The translations under genes were made by a program, and so were the position numbers. A DNA stretch of 64,000 bases from Podarcis cretensis (lineage: Eukaryota): positions 34,410,001 to 34,474,000 of the forward strand of contig OX638154.1 in assembly GCA_951804945.1 (NCBI GenBank). Reading direction: 5' to 3'. The notes under the pieces are model-generated. The model was not told where the DNA came from, searched no databases, and saw only the letters and a list, made by a program, of their open reading frames with translations. Of the stretch, positions 14,290 to 44,559 are shown in pieces (position 1 is the stretch's first letter; every line of letters starts with the position of its first letter).

Positions 14290-15429
14290 AATCAGTTGCG
14301 CAGGCATTATATGAGTTTTGCTTTGCATTTTCCTGTTTGGCTTCACTGATCAAGGCCTTTGCTACTCTCAGCCACCTCCACAATCTGTACTTTACTGTTG
14401 ACATTTGTGTAATTTAAGAAATTTAAAAGGGCAGCTTTCCTCCTGGCATTGCTTTCCCGAATTGTGTCCAATAGCTGCTGAAGAGCATCTGAGCATCTGT
14501 TAGCTTGTGTTGTTGTTTTTCTCCATCAACAGATTGGGCCTGATGGATAGGTGCTCACCACCCTCCTTTCCCTCCTCCCCTTCCATTTCTTTTATAGCCC
14601 TAAGAAGCTGTCATTTACGTTGAAGCACGATTGTTAAATAGCCCCCACCCCATTCCTGATTGATGGAGGCTTGAAATATACCATGTTAACAATGGAGGAG
14701 AAGCAGAAAAAGGAGAGATTGACTCACTCATTGCCATGAAAAGTGGCAGATTGGCTTTTTCAGAGATGACTCTCTAACTTTGCCTCCACCCCACCCCCCT
14801 CCATCTCCTCATTCTTCGTCTTCTGTCTCCCCAACTCCCTCTGCTCTCAAATGTTAAATTATTACACAGGGGGAAATAATCTATTACACTTGGTCTACAG
14901 AGGCTCTCACGTACCAGTGGCTGGCTATCGTACTGGCATTAATCAGTTAAGAGACGCCAAAGAGCAAAAATGAGATGCTTGCCCACAGGCGCTCTCATTG
15001 TTTACCAGTCAGCCATAAATATTGACTCATAAATATGCAGGCCTCCTCTTAAGTGAAAAAGTGAAATGACAGGTTCAGGAGACGAGGGGATTTGCGAGCG
15101 GGACAGAGTCGAGATTGTGCAGCCTTTTAGGCACCAACTAGATGTGAGGGTGGAAGGATGTGATTTGAAGTTAATTATGGGCAGGCAGGGGAAGGAAGCT
15201 GACATCCCTCTCCCCACTGTGCAAGAAATTAAAAATAGTATCAGGGATGCAGGGAAGCCTGGGCAAAGGGAGGGTATAGCGTCTTCTTCCCTCTGACTCA
15301 TATTACATATTAAATTGCCACTTCATCCTGTGCAAGGAATGAATTGCATGGAAGCTTCTTTCTTCTTTCTCCTCTTTTCTTTAACAAAAAGAAAAATGAC
15401 CGGAAAATCTGGTTTTAGTTGGGAGGACA

Positions 15430-16415
15430 CCTTTCCTTTTTTTACATATAATTTTTTATTAATTTTCCAACACAATTGTACAATTTTATCCAAATTTTAA
15501 CAAATTATTCCTTTTGAACTTCCTTCAGCTTCTCTGGTAATCGTCCGTAATTACTCTTCAATACGCATTCCCTTCATTGTAGTGCCATTTGTCTTCCCTC
15601 CCCTTTCTATTTCTTTTTAACAATACATCTTAAACTTTTACAGTGCTTCTTGAAACCCCACTAGCGTTGTTTGCACATCACATACATTTTTCAGATAACC
15701 TACAAACTTTCCCCAATCTTCGATGAACTTTTGGTTTCGACTATATCTTATTTTCCCAGTCAGTTTATCCAGTTCCGCATAGTCCGTCAATTTCATTCTC
15801 CATTCTTGTATCGTCGGTATTTCCTCTTGTTTCCATTTCTAGGCCAATAAAATTCTTGCTGCTGTAACTGCATACTGGAAAAGTTTACAGTCTTTTCTTC
15901 TTATTTCTTTTCCTGTAATCCCTAACAGAAAAACTCCTGGTTTCTTAACAAAGGTATATTTTAACATCTTTTTCATTATATATCGCTTCCCAGAAACTCT
16001 TCACTTTCTTACATTCCCACCACATATGATAAAATGTTCCCTCTTTTTCTTTACATTTCCAACACTTATTACATGTTTTGTACATTTTTGCAAGTTTTAC
16101 CAGTGTAATGTACCATCTATAAAACATTTTCATAACATTATCCTTCAATGCCATGCATGCAGTAAATTTTAAATTTTCTTTCCACAATTTTTCCCAATCT
16201 TCAAATTGAATATTGTAACCAAAATCTTTAGCCCATTGTATCATTACCGATTTAACCTCTTCATCTTTCGTACACCATTCCAACAATATCTTATACGTTT
16301 TTAACAAAATTTTATATTCATTATTTATTATGAATTATTTATTATATCTGTTTGGAACTTAGAATCTTTATCTGCATAACCACTTTCCTTTATATCTTTT
16401 TTAAACCTTTCCAAT
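15430..16415 (-). mobile_element. L1-clade LINE, 5'-truncated
   Basis: ORF2 C-terminal zinc knuckle CWKC...HMWWEC and an A-rich tail. Homologous to the copy at 52287-53189. Confidence 0.85.
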
Positions 16416-16495
16416 GCCAAACATGGTGGTCGGTTATGCTCCAAACATGAGAGCAAAAAACAATTTGCAGTGGGTTTTAAAGAAACTTATTTAGC

Positions 16496-16692
16496 AGTCG
16501 AAACAAAATAAAAAAATTCCTTCCAGTAGCACCTTAGAGGCCAACTAAGTTTGTTATTGGTGTGAGGTGAAGAAGTGTGCATGCACACAATAGTTCATAC
16601 CAATAAGAAACTTAATTGGTCTCTAAGGTGCTACTGGAAGGAATTTTCTTATTTTGTTTCGACTATGGCAGACCAACACGGCTACCTACCTG
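16496..16692. mobile_element. Penelope-like element remnant with inverted terminal structure
   Basis: Inverted arms of about 70 bp containing gtagcaccttagag / ctctaaggtgctac, a gaccaacacggctac end, and a flanking direct repeat ttatttagcagt (16487-16498 and 16693-16704). Confidence 0.75.
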
Positions 16693-16989
16693 TTATTTAG
16701 CAGTGTGCACCCTGCATTATCAGTTTGTTCTTTGTTTCTCAGCAATAGCCTACCCCTTCTAGCATCTTGTATATAACTGTGGCCTTCTCTGATGCTTCAG
16801 TGGAACAGGGGAAAGAGAACTCAGATTATCAGGAGGAAGAATCTGCTTTGACCTCTAATATGCGTTATATTAACATTCACCATGGAATGCCCTTCAGAAT
16901 GTATCCACTTTGTTTTAAAGACTGTTGAGACTCTTTGAGAAACTGGCAAGATGACCACATAGCCCTGGGCTCCTTTGGAAGGAAGGGTA

Positions 16990-16990
<1 letters not shown>

Positions 16991-17026
<36 letters not shown>
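16991..17026. repeat. (AAT)n microsatellite, probably a retroelement tail
   Basis: Direct reading. Preceded by a gccctgggctcc...ggaaggg 3'-end motif. Confidence 0.9.
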
Positions 17027-17027
<1 letters not shown>

Positions 17028-17157
17028 TAATGTCATTTTCCTTACAAAAGTGACCCCAAACAATTTACATTAAAACAAAATAATAATAATGTAAAAAGAA
17101 AAACTCAGGTCTTGTGAGGTGAATAAGCATGTCACATTATTTATCTAACAACATTTA

Positions 17158-17360
17158 CTGTATTTTTCGCTCTATAGGACGCACTTCCCCCCTCCAAAAA
17201 TTAAGGGGAAATGTGTGTGCATCCTATAGAGCGAATGCAGGCTGCGCGGCTAAGCCCAAAGCCAGAACAGCGAGACGTTCTAGCTTGGGGATGGCTGCGC
17301 GAAGCCTCCGCAGGGCAGCGGGGTGCCTTCACCCCACTGCTCTGTGGAAGCTTCAAAGGT
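17158..17360. mobile_element. Tc1/mariner-type non-autonomous element, one end
   Basis: TA followed by ctgtatttttcgctctata, matching the TIR of 57139-57503. No partner TIR is visible. Confidence 0.6.
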
Positions 17361-19185
17361 TGTCCCCGAAGCCCATACACCTCCTGAAATTGGCTCTGCA
17401 GAGAGATCAGGCGAATCCCCAGAATGGCATGCAAGGAGAGGAAAGGGGGTCATTCCTTCTGGCAGGCTGAAATGCTTCCCCTGACAGAATGATCTCTGCA
17501 GTATCCTTCAAGTTGCCCACCGGCAGTTAGCATCTAGACAGCAGACTGAAAAGGTGCCTGATCACTCTTCCCCACAATTGTGAGGTGTATTGTGTTAATT
17601 ATTTCTAAATTTGCATCTATGACTATCAATTTGCATGTACAAATTCCATGCAAATCTTTGACCTCTTTTTGGGCGTTGCCCAGGTAGTCACCCTAGTTCT
17701 TGCTGTGTGTAGATACATTCACCTTTAAATTTAAAATGAATACATACAGTTGGGAAATGGCCACTTTTTTAGGTTGCAAGTGTATTCTGGATAGCAGGCC
17801 CCATTGAACTTAATGGGACTTTCTTCTGAGTAAACATGCCTACAGTTGCACTGTTTAAATACTACTTTGGCAGCAGACTTAGAGGTGAGCCAGCCAGAAT
17901 CAAGCGCTGAAACTCTGGTGGTCAAGCGATCAGTTTTGATGCAGTGCCAACATTTCCATGAAAGAGAATGGCACATGAAAGCAGAGAAGGCGAGAAGATA
18001 AATTAGAACAGAAGAACATGGTCCAGGATGAAAAATACATCTTGCATTTCTGTTCATTGAGGGTACACAACATTTCTGCAATGCCATTGCTAGGGTTTTG
18101 TGTTACCTGAGTTCTAATAGTCAGGAATTCCTCACATGAGATCTCCAGTCCTTCAGCTACTGTAGCAGAGCCTGCCGTGCTTCTTTCAGGTTTGTAGTGG
18201 AGCAATAAATGGATATAAATTCCCTCTGCGAGATTGAGGTGGGGTGAGAGAAAATATGTTCCTCCTACTGCAGTGCAGTGGATTCTTTGAATCTTTAGAG
18301 CATCCTTTGGGGACACCTTAGGCAAGCACACATGAGTCCAGTATAGGATTGTTGTATTCCAATTTTTCTCCCTCTCCTTGCTGTCCTGCCCAGAATCTGG
18401 AGTGGCCTGATTTGCATGTGCAAATGGACTGCTAACTCTTCAGATCAGAAACATTAACTGGGGTATTTTCTGTGATCTGCTTTTTGTTTTTTCTTGGCAT
18501 TTGTCCCAGACCCTTGGGGAAGGATAGATGGACCTGATCTCATGACAGGAAAAAAGTGTGTTCTTGGGTTTTGCATGCTCTTTGGAATTATTATGATGCT
18601 TTCTGATGACAAAACTAGAATAAGAAATTGAGATGTGTGTACTATTTTGACTCTGCGAAAGCCCTGCTGATCGTGTACCAATCTTTGCATGCATTCCTTA
18701 AGGTTTACATTTGTAGTCATGTTCATGCAGGATTTAAAGCACTTGGATGAGACTTGTTCTCAGTCTATTAATGATACTTTTTGACTTCAAAACCTAAGTG
18801 CAAGTGGTAGAATTAGGACTATGCCACTAGATGCATGTTCCTCTGAGGTACTAACCACAACTAATTGTGTTCATTTTATCTAATTATAAATATGTGGCTA
18901 GTGAAGAAGATTCAGAGTTGGAACATGTTTGGCTGCTTCATTATTAAGGAGCACTTGTTGTGACATGCTTCATTGGGCATTGGGCCTTCATAAGGTTATA
19001 AGAGTGCAGTTTTAATAATCTATTTTTTTGAGAAAAAAATGAGCTGAAATAAACAAATGCTTCCATGCCTACTTCATCATATGTAAGAAGCTATTTCTCA
19101 GTGTCGTTCTTAGTACTCTGTCAAATAGTGTAGAGCAATTATCATTGTGCCTATATTTTTTCAGTGACCCTCAAGAGTAGCCAAG

Positions 19186-35746
<16,561 letters not shown>

Positions 35747-38700
35747 GCAGCTCCATACCCCAGCATCACCTTCTGAACATTCAAAGTGATCAATACCTCA
35801 GTTAGGCAACGTTTGGTTTCTGTTCCGTTCTGTTTTCTAAGCTGCAATACCCTTTCTTTGATGGCTGTAGAGGGATTCTGGATGAACTCGAGAGCATCCA
35901 GAGGGGGGAAGGTTTAAAGACACAGCTGTTCCTTTCGCATTCTTCAAAGTAGTTTTGTCTGCTGCATGTTCCATCGTCTCTCTGTGTCGTTCTCTTCGAG
36001 CGCAAAGCAAGCTTCGTTCTTGGGTTTCTCCCCAAGACCACCATGAATAGCAGCACAAAGCAAGCTTTGCTTTTACTCGCTTTGGGATCTTCTTCCTTAA
36101 ATTGGACCTTTGAAAACCGTGCTTGGATGATACCAGAGCCTGACAATGTGAGTTGACCAGATACACTGTGCTTGCTTTGGAAGACAGCAAGGTGCACGAA
36201 GTGGTGCTCTTGGGAACCATACAAGCATCTTCACACTTCGAGATTGGTGGCCTTCAGCCACTGGCCACCTAGCAGAGAGGACAAGGAGCAACTCTGGCAC
36301 TGGGACATCCCTGATTATGTGGATAGCTGGTGGCTTAAGTCTCTTTGGTGAGGGGAGTGTGGTTTTGAGCATACAAATTACCTAATACTAATTGCCCTGT
36401 ATTATCTAGGTAATGCAGTCGGTCTTCTGCTCCCTTATAGTTTTCAGTTCTTGAGTAGAACAGTGGAGTGGTACTAGGAGGCTATTGGAGTGCAATAACT
36501 ACACTTGCGAGTTGCCACTCTTCTGTCTTAAGTGCAGGGCAGAGCATAAAACACACTTTGTTTTTGAAGGACAGCACCACGGGATATTTATGCTAGTAGC
36601 CTTACCATGTGGAAATTAGAAGGCCCAGCCCTGCAGGTAAGTCAACTTCTAGATAGCGGTGTTAAACTGGGTGCATAGTGGAAAACGGTAGCAATAACTT
36701 CAATGCAGCTTTGAGACCTGAAGAAAACGGCAGCCCTGGGTTGGTTTGCATACAGTTCTCATCCTGCCTTGCACTGCCATCTCTCTTTTGTGGACACAGC
36801 AACCTAAATCTGAAGAGATGTAGAGATATTTAGCTGGAAGGTTAATTTGCGTCCATATGTCAGTGGTAAGGCACGTGCATTGTATGCAAAAAGATCCCAG
36901 GTTCCACCCATTGTGCCCTCAAGTATCACTGGGAATGTCCTCTGTCTGGAGAGCCGCTGCCCATCCGAGTAGACAGCACTGGGATAGGTGGCCTGACTCA
37001 GTATAAGACAGTTTCCTACATTCCTAACATCTTAAGGATTTTTTTCAGCCAAAGGCGTATGGGAAGTACCTGTGTTTTTTCTAATGCTCTGATGATCTGA
37101 TAGATGGGAAGAGCAGGTAGGACAAGCAGATTTGCCCAAAGGCCTACAGAATGCTGTATTGATCTTAGATTAATTTATCTAATTTCTCAATTAGGAGAGT
37201 TGAAGCAGCTTTCGGCTGGGAGCCTTCTCCCCCACCCCCCACCCCTGCATCGTCGCTCTTGGCTAGTAGAGGGAGCATTGTGCATGTTCGAGTTTAGAGG
37301 GAAAGCGAATCCATTCCAACCTAAGGACCAAAGATGCACCAAAGGCAGCAGCATCTCCTGTTCTATATAATATTGTCCGGCTGCCAAAAACATTTATGGT
37401 TTCTTTGCTGATCCCAGAGGGATAAGCCATATTATCTTTGCTACCTAGTGTTTGCACTGATCCCTGAAGGGCCTGCCTGTTTCATTTGTTGCACCAGATA
37501 CCAATGTCTTGGATGTATTGACTCGCTGTTCAGGTTGTTGGAGCAGGAAGGATGTAGACACTGGCACCACTCCCAGCAGTGAATGTGGGCCTGATGCTTT
37601 TATGTTTGCCTTGGTTGTGTTCCATTTAGTCACCATGGTGGTCCTTGGACCTTTTGGTGCTGATAGGGGGAAAACAGATTCTAGCCACGAAGATGGTTGA
37701 GCAAGGCTCAGGCTTTATACAAGTTGCAGATTCAGGGAGCAAAAGGCCTCAAAAAACTGTCCTGTGAGGGCAAAATATTTAGCCAAGGAAGATCTCTTGT
37801 GCAAGCTTCTTCATTGGCTTAGCTTGGACCGAATCAGTCCTGCTTACCATGATCATTTTAATATTTTGGCTGCACAGCCAAATAGCGACTTATACTTTTG
37901 TGTTTGTAGGAATAGACACAGAGAGAGAGAGCACTGGTGGAGTTCTGAGCATGCAGAATAAGGCAGTCCTTGTGCTTCAGCAGCCTCTGTGGCAATAATG
38001 TCTCCCTTCCTATTCTGGCCACCAAGGCAAGACTTAAGTACCAATATTGGCTTTAAGGTTCTCAGCTGCCTGTCAGCCACCTATAAGGAATTCTGAGCTT
38101 GAAAGAACAGCTTGGCTAATGCAGACAAAGCATAGGGTTCTTGGGTGTTGTATGCTGATCTCCCATGGGTTGTAGGGTTCTTTGAATTCTTTGTTTCTCA
38201 GCTAGCTAGGATTAGGCCTCAGGTCTAGCTGAGCGGCAATAGCCGTCTCTCTGTTTTGTGCCATTCCAGCCCACAGATGAGAACTGAATGTTCCTCCATA
38301 TACAAAAACGAAACAAGAATCCTGCCGTGTAGAAAACTAGCATGACAGAAGGCATCTCCTTTGTTGGTTTGTTTGTACGGAGGACCATTCCATTGTGTGA
38401 TCTTCCCCTTTCAATCTCAAATGGTACAGCCCAGAAACTAGCCGTTAGAAATAGGTTGTTCTTGCCCAAATGGGCAATCCCAGGATCATTCAGACAGAAT
38501 TAAACCACTTTGGTTGTAGGGGTGAGTAAATACCTTGATGTTAATGCACTTTGGGCCTTGGCTCTGCTTCTTTTTCCTTCCTCACCAACTTTACTACAGA
38601 GATGGAAAGGGAGAGCCATCACCAGCTGCTTAAAAATGCTCTAGAAATATGAAGAAAAGAAATGGGAGGGACTTCAGCATGCTTCCCTGCAAGTTGGATT

Positions 38701-39627
38701 AATCAAACCTAAAAAGCTACAATTGCAGCCCTGTCCACTCTGCACATTGCTACCATGGTATCACCACCTGTGGGTTGTGCTCCTAAGCCCCATGAAGTGA
38801 GACCTGGGTTTATTTATTAATCAGACCTGCAGGACCATATGCAATAGTGCCTATGCTTAATCAGAAAGAAAAAATCACTGCAGCATCTCTGAAAAGATAG
38901 CTTTGGTACTGGTTTGTTCTTTTTTAAAAAAACAAAAACAAATATGTCCATCCCCACTAAAGGGTACATTAAATTTGTTCCCGATTAAGGGTAGATAAAA
39001 TTTGTGCCTCTCTTAGCTTTTAATGCTGCCACTGGCAAAGATAGGGTTTTAAGGCATCCTTGCAGAAGGATGTCCTTGTGGAGTTCTGAATCTGTCCATG
39101 ATTCTTCTTCTTAACCTAGACATGGCACCATCCCTAATCAGATGCCATCACAACAGCACCACTGTAGTGCCAGGAAGTCCCAATAGCAGAGGGAAGGATC
39201 ACATGTTTCTGTCCACAAAGATCAAAAGGTGCCTTTGCAGGTTGTAAGCATGATGGAATAATGAGCTCTTCATCCCGCAGAGATTCCCATGAGGTTCTGC
39301 AATGTCCTGCTTTCTTAAATAGTGGGTGAGCACTGGAATCTATGGGTGCGCGCGCATTTGTGCCAGTGTGCCAGTCTTTGTGTACAGTTCCTAGTCACTG
39401 CAGGCATCTATACATTTGGATAAAGGCTAGCAAACCAATTTGTATTATTTTGTTACAGTGAATTACAGTGCTGATTATCTTCCCAGGTTATGCTTCTTTT
39501 GCCTCCTCTTACCTACAGCTGTAGAACCTGACGCCAGTTCTCTCCCAGATCCACCATTGTTTGGTTGGATTACTTTGCTTTGATCTGCAAAATACTAACA
39601 TTTATAACTGTTTCTAGTGCAGAAGCC

Positions 39628-39745
39628 CTGTTAAGTCTGTTGCAAGGAGAGCAGCAAAGAGTCTTGTTTCACCTTTAAAGCCCAATACATTTATTATGGT
39701 GCAAACAAATATATACCATAATATAAATTTTGTTGATTTGCAAAT
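39628..39745. mobile_element. Degraded Penelope-like terminal remnant in the SYT2 3' UTR (another near 63625-63670)
   Basis: gtctgttgca...aaagagtcttgtttcacctttaaag...catttattatgg with a partial inverted copy. Confidence 0.5.
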
Positions 39746-40974
39746 GTGTGATGTATTATGTAAAGCTTACAAACGTCACTTCCTTCCCTGGATTGGCAAT
39801 TCATGCTTCTAAGCAGTGTCACTTGAGGCTTACCGGTTCTTAATTCACACTAAAGAAAGGTGTGTGTGTGGGTGTGGGTAGCAGAATCTATGTGGCACTC
39901 CAAATTGCCTCATTGACAATCATGCAATGGCTGCAAAATTCATAAGGTTGGATAGAGAGCTGCCTTTTTGTGAATGGAAAGGACTGGAATCCAGCAGAGG
40001 CTCTTGCTGAAAGGAATTGGGGCAACTTTCACCATTCCCCATCTTCCATGTTCTCTGGAAGAGCTTTTCAGGATGAAGTCATCCTGGCCTCCTGGAATTC
40101 TGCTTGTGGGAAGTCTGGATCCAGCTCATAGCTTAAATTTACCTTGAGTTAGCATTTATATTGCCAATTCACATGTGGCTATAAAGGTGATGTCTACGTA
40201 AACAGATGGCAGTAAGATACAAAGTAATCTATAGCCTCATAATAAGATACTGTGCATGTGGATGCATATATCTATTGATATTTCAAGAGGCATGTAGACA
40301 GTTTGTGAGGGCTCAGGTGAGCATTGCATTGAAGATGCCTCCATATCAATAGTGGTTATGGGCATAGATTAATCTTACTGAATTAGAACAAATATGTTTG
40401 AAGAATTTGAATTTTTGCAAGCAAAAAGGATCAGACTGCACTGCAAAATGGCAACATCGCCACACAAACCCAGTTCTGTTAATTTTCTCCTGCTGATAAA
40501 CGATCCAGGGTGTCCTCTTTGAAACCAATGATGTGGAAATATTAGCACTAAGAACCAGGTCAGAACACACAGCCATTAATGAATGGTGTCTCCAACTTCT
40601 ACAGTTTAAAATGGGGGAGCTGTAACTTTAATACACAATATAAATGTATTTTGGTTTTAATTTCTTTTTCTATAAAGGGGGAGAAAAAGTGAACCAACTC
40701 AAGCCATCTGAGCCTCATCCTAATCCCATCATTTGTGTGTACTTATATATAAAATGATATAGAGATCTATTAACATAAACGAAACCCTCTTGTAAGCAAT
40801 GCATGATGCCTAGCCAGTATGTAAGTAGCAGCAGCATGCAACGAGCAGAACCCATAGACCATGTGTGTCATTGCCCATTTTCTAGAATACAGTCAGGCTA
40901 CAGAGTTATTTTTAAAATGTGGTGTGAATGAATTTATTTTACCTAATAGGATGGGGGGAGGGGACTGTAAAAAA

Positions 40975-41045
40975 AATAAATAAGAGAGAGTGGTTGTAAC
41001 AATGTAAGTTTATTTTCAATAAAAAGTAATAATTTTTTTAATAAA
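40975..41045 (+). terminator. Candidate SYT2 polyadenylation signal cluster
   Basis: AATAAA at 40975, 41018 and 41040, with TGTA motifs nearby. Confidence 0.6.
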
Positions 41046-41673
41046 AAAGCAACAAAGCATGCCTGATCCATTAAAAAATATATTCATAGAAGCGTTGTAT
41101 GGGGTGGGGTGGGGGATACAACACCAACAATATGGCAGTGGATTTCATCAGTGTGTTGTAATCTATATTTACAAAACTGTAACTTGTTGCATTTTTACCA
41201 TGTCCTAGTAGCAGCAACATTGCCGCTTCAATGTTCTGTGTCGTGCTGAAGCATTTCACTGTTGAAGCAAATTTAGAAGCCATATTAGATCACAGGCTGC
41301 CAGGATCCTAAAACTGGGATTGGCTGACAGGTGATCCCCAGTCTCTCCTCTCCCTCGCTAATGTTTCCCTGCCTCTGTCTTTGTCTATCGTGCTGTCCAT
41401 GTCTTACGTTATTCCTGGGGACGTTTGTGCATGACAGAGACCCAACTTGGAGGCTGTGGCTTCACTTTGGGTTGGAGCTCTGAAGGAAAGCCGTCAAGTA
41501 TAGGCCTTTCGACACTGGCTGCGAATAACATCGTTCTGACGTTCTTTCTTGCTCAACAGTCAGGATTAGCTTCAGCATTTGAGGCAGCCATTCAGGGATC
41601 GAAACACCCTGGCAGATCACATCAGTGCTGGTGTCTCTATTAACCCTCTTGTCCACCCATCTTCCCCAGTTGA

Positions 41674-41808
41674 AGGCTTATCCGGTGGCAGTGGATGGAT
41701 CTGGGAAGACCACTGTTAATACTTTCCCATGATGCCCTGGAACACCCAACATAGCATTATGGGAAATTTCAATGGTTCTTAGCCACCTCAACTGCTACCA
41801 GATAAGCC
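41674..41808. mobile_element. Palindromic MITE
   Basis: Inverted ends ggcttatccggtggcagt / actgctaccagataagcc and inner inverted arms tttcccatgatgc / gcattatgggaaa. Confidence 0.6.
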
Positions 41809-43480
41809 AATAATTTTTCTTAAAAACCACAATTGGAGTTTTTAAAACCACAATTGGAACAGTGGGCAGGCATGGGGAAGGTCTATAGTTCCTGTATCAG
41901 CATGATGTGTTCATCTAGAGCAGGAGCACCCTCTGGGTGTTTTCAGACTCCCAACTCCATCAGTCTCAGCCACCTTGAGCTGTAGTCCAGTAATGGCTGG
42001 ATGACACCATGCCCAGAGGAAGTTTTGGGTAGTGGATGGGAAGGATTCAAAGGGAGTAGTGCTCACCTTGGGGAGGAGAATAGGAAGTGGGATAGTTTAT
42101 TTCAAGCTAGGCCAGACAGCGACCCTGTTTAGGCAAAACTCTCACATCTTCTTTGAATGCATGTTTAGCAGAACAGGAAGGGGCACACCTGCATTGGCTG
42201 TGAACCCCCAACATGCAGTTAAAAGTCTGAACATGGCCCATCGATACATGGCAGGGCTTCACAGGAATCTTATCTGGTCAAGCATTTCCCATTGTGCGTT
42301 CACTGCCAGTGAGGTTTTGTCTGAACAAGGGGCTGTCTGTGGAAAAAAAGGAAAATGGTGGCATCCTCAAGCGATGAGATTGCTGGGGCCCTTTAGGCTA
42401 CTTCTGTAACACCCAGTTCTGAAAGGAATTATAGGACTATTTTTTGAAAAAGCCTCTGTTCCAAGCGATTGTTGATCCAAGTTTTCTGGCCATAGCACCA
42501 CTCCATGAGGCGTGTGTTGTCAATGAGCTTGGCAAAAAAACAACATAGTGCGAACTGGGCTTTATCTCAGCTTATCACCAGCACTATAAAACTGCAGGAT
42601 GACATCAAAAAAGCAGCAGGTAGCAGGAACATTATGAATTGATGGAGTACAGATTTGGACATGATGACCCAGGTCACAGCAGGCTGCTAAAATCTGCTCC
42701 TATCCTTCATGCAGGTGTATAGCGCAATGTGGCAAAGTGGGATTGTTAAAGGCAGCACTTCAAGGAACAGTATGAAAAGTTGGCAAGTCCATTTGTGGGG
42801 TGGCAGATATACAGACCATAAACTCAAGAGGTGGCCTAGGTGATACACACCCACACATCCAAAAAAGGCTAGAGAAAGGCTTCAGACCTTTGATATTCTG
42901 AGGCAAGGCTTTTGCTTCCTTTGCCTCCTCTTCCAGCCAGGCCCTCTGTCACATACAAACATCCTGAACCAACTCATTTCTTGGCCCCACTTCATTCCCA
43001 CCATTTCTGGTGCAGCCTGAGCTCTGCAGCACTGACCTCCAACCTCCACCCCCAACCCTCTCTGCAGGAAGCTGCTTTTAATGCTCCCTTTCCTGTCCTC
43101 ATGTGGACCGTTTCTGTCTCTATTGTTAAATTGTTATTTTGTAATGATATGCGTCTCCTTATTAAAGAAACTAGCTGAAAGACCCAGCCGTTCTCTGTTT
43201 TCCTGTTATTTACATAAGTGCATTTTTCTTAATAGGAATACTTATTGGATCTCAGAATTAAGAGAGACTCAGCTGGAGGACAAAGTCCCTTTATAGAAGA
43301 GGGAATTTTGGCAGAGATCTCATGTTCAAAAGAAATCAGTGGATAGTGAGGGGAGAACCGTCCCTGTTTGCATTTTCAAAACAACTTACACAGTAGAAAC
43401 ATCCAACAGGCAAATCAGTGATTTAAGTGTCAGGCGTCATACCTTTCTCATGGAGTCATCTCATATATTACATCCAGTGT

Positions 43481-43790
43481 TGTCGTCTTCTTCTTTGGCA
43501 ATCACTTGTAGCTGAAGAAGATTGTCTTCCAAGAATATGGTCTTAACAGTGTGTCCACAAGACGACTGTGGAGGCCAATTTTGGATCTGCACATCTTTCC
43601 ACAGTGGGGACATGGGTTTCCAGGTAGGAGTTGATAGCGGTGAGGATTTGCCAAACGTGCCTTCCTCTTAGCTCGTTTCTCCCTTTCATCCCAAGTTCGT
43701 GCTTCAAAATCCTTGATGCCTTTGGTCAAGGCTGCTCTCCAACTGCAGCGCTCGTAGGGAGTCATTCCATCTATTACATCCACTGTTATA
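43481..43790 (-). mobile_element. RTE-clade LINE 3' fragment
   Basis: RCSWRAAL...KRAKRKAR...CPHCGKMCRSKIGLHS C-terminus with a short-repeat tail. Confidence 0.8.
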
Positions 43791-44136
43791 GAATTCTGCA
43801 CTGTACCAATGCAGACTGCAGGGGAGATCCTATTAATGCTCTTCCCATATTAGCAATTTTTGAAAAGGCCATGAAGCACTGACCTTTGCCCAGTGGCTAA
43901 TTTGCTATATGCAGGCAGCTTTTAATTGTTATGGGGAGGGGGGCTGGTGGGGGGGCACTGAAGACTTCATTAATCTAATGACAAAATAGTTTCAAAATAA
44001 TTGAAAATCCTCACAACAGGGCATAAAATGTAGCTTCTGTTCTATTCATTTCTAAAAAGTATGTGTTGGCAAACATTCAACTCAAGCAAAGGCTTTCCAC
44101 TTTTTAGTCAATTTCAACTCCCATGTATGGAAGGCA

Positions 44137-44200
44137 TAGGTAAAGGTAAAGGGACCCCTGACCATTAGGTCCAGTCATGGCCCACTCTGGGCTTGTGACG
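44137..44200 (-). mobile_element. Sauria SINE 3' fragment
   Basis: ggtaaaggtaaagggacccctgaccattaggtccagtc is the reverse complement of the SINE tail at about 11030-11068. Confidence 0.8.
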
Positions 44201-44559
44201 TTAGCCATTAGATATAAAAACATGGCATACTGCCATTGTTTCAGTGACATGTCTCTTTATCACAGTTCAACAGCCCCTTCATATTGTCCTGGTCCATATT
44301 TCCAATGGCAAGGAAATGTAGCAAATGCTAAGTTAAGAGGGATGATAGGATCTACATCACTTGGATCCTCATGCAGTTTCATTGAGACTTTCACGTGTTG
44401 CTATTATTTTCGGCCACTGCATCAAGTTTCCCATCTGACTAAGACAAATGTAACCTTAGTTCAAAGTAGAGCAAACATTCATGAGGAGATGGGGAAACTT
44501 CTACTTCTCCCAGTGACTCACCAAAGCATCCTGAGACCATGCTCTCACTATTAAGATAG

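Larger units (their letters stand above)
35747..41065 (+). other. SYT2: Probable long SYT2 3' UTR
   Basis: Repeat-poor sequence after the stop, ending in a cluster of AATAAA hexamers. The end point is inferred. Confidence 0.6.
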
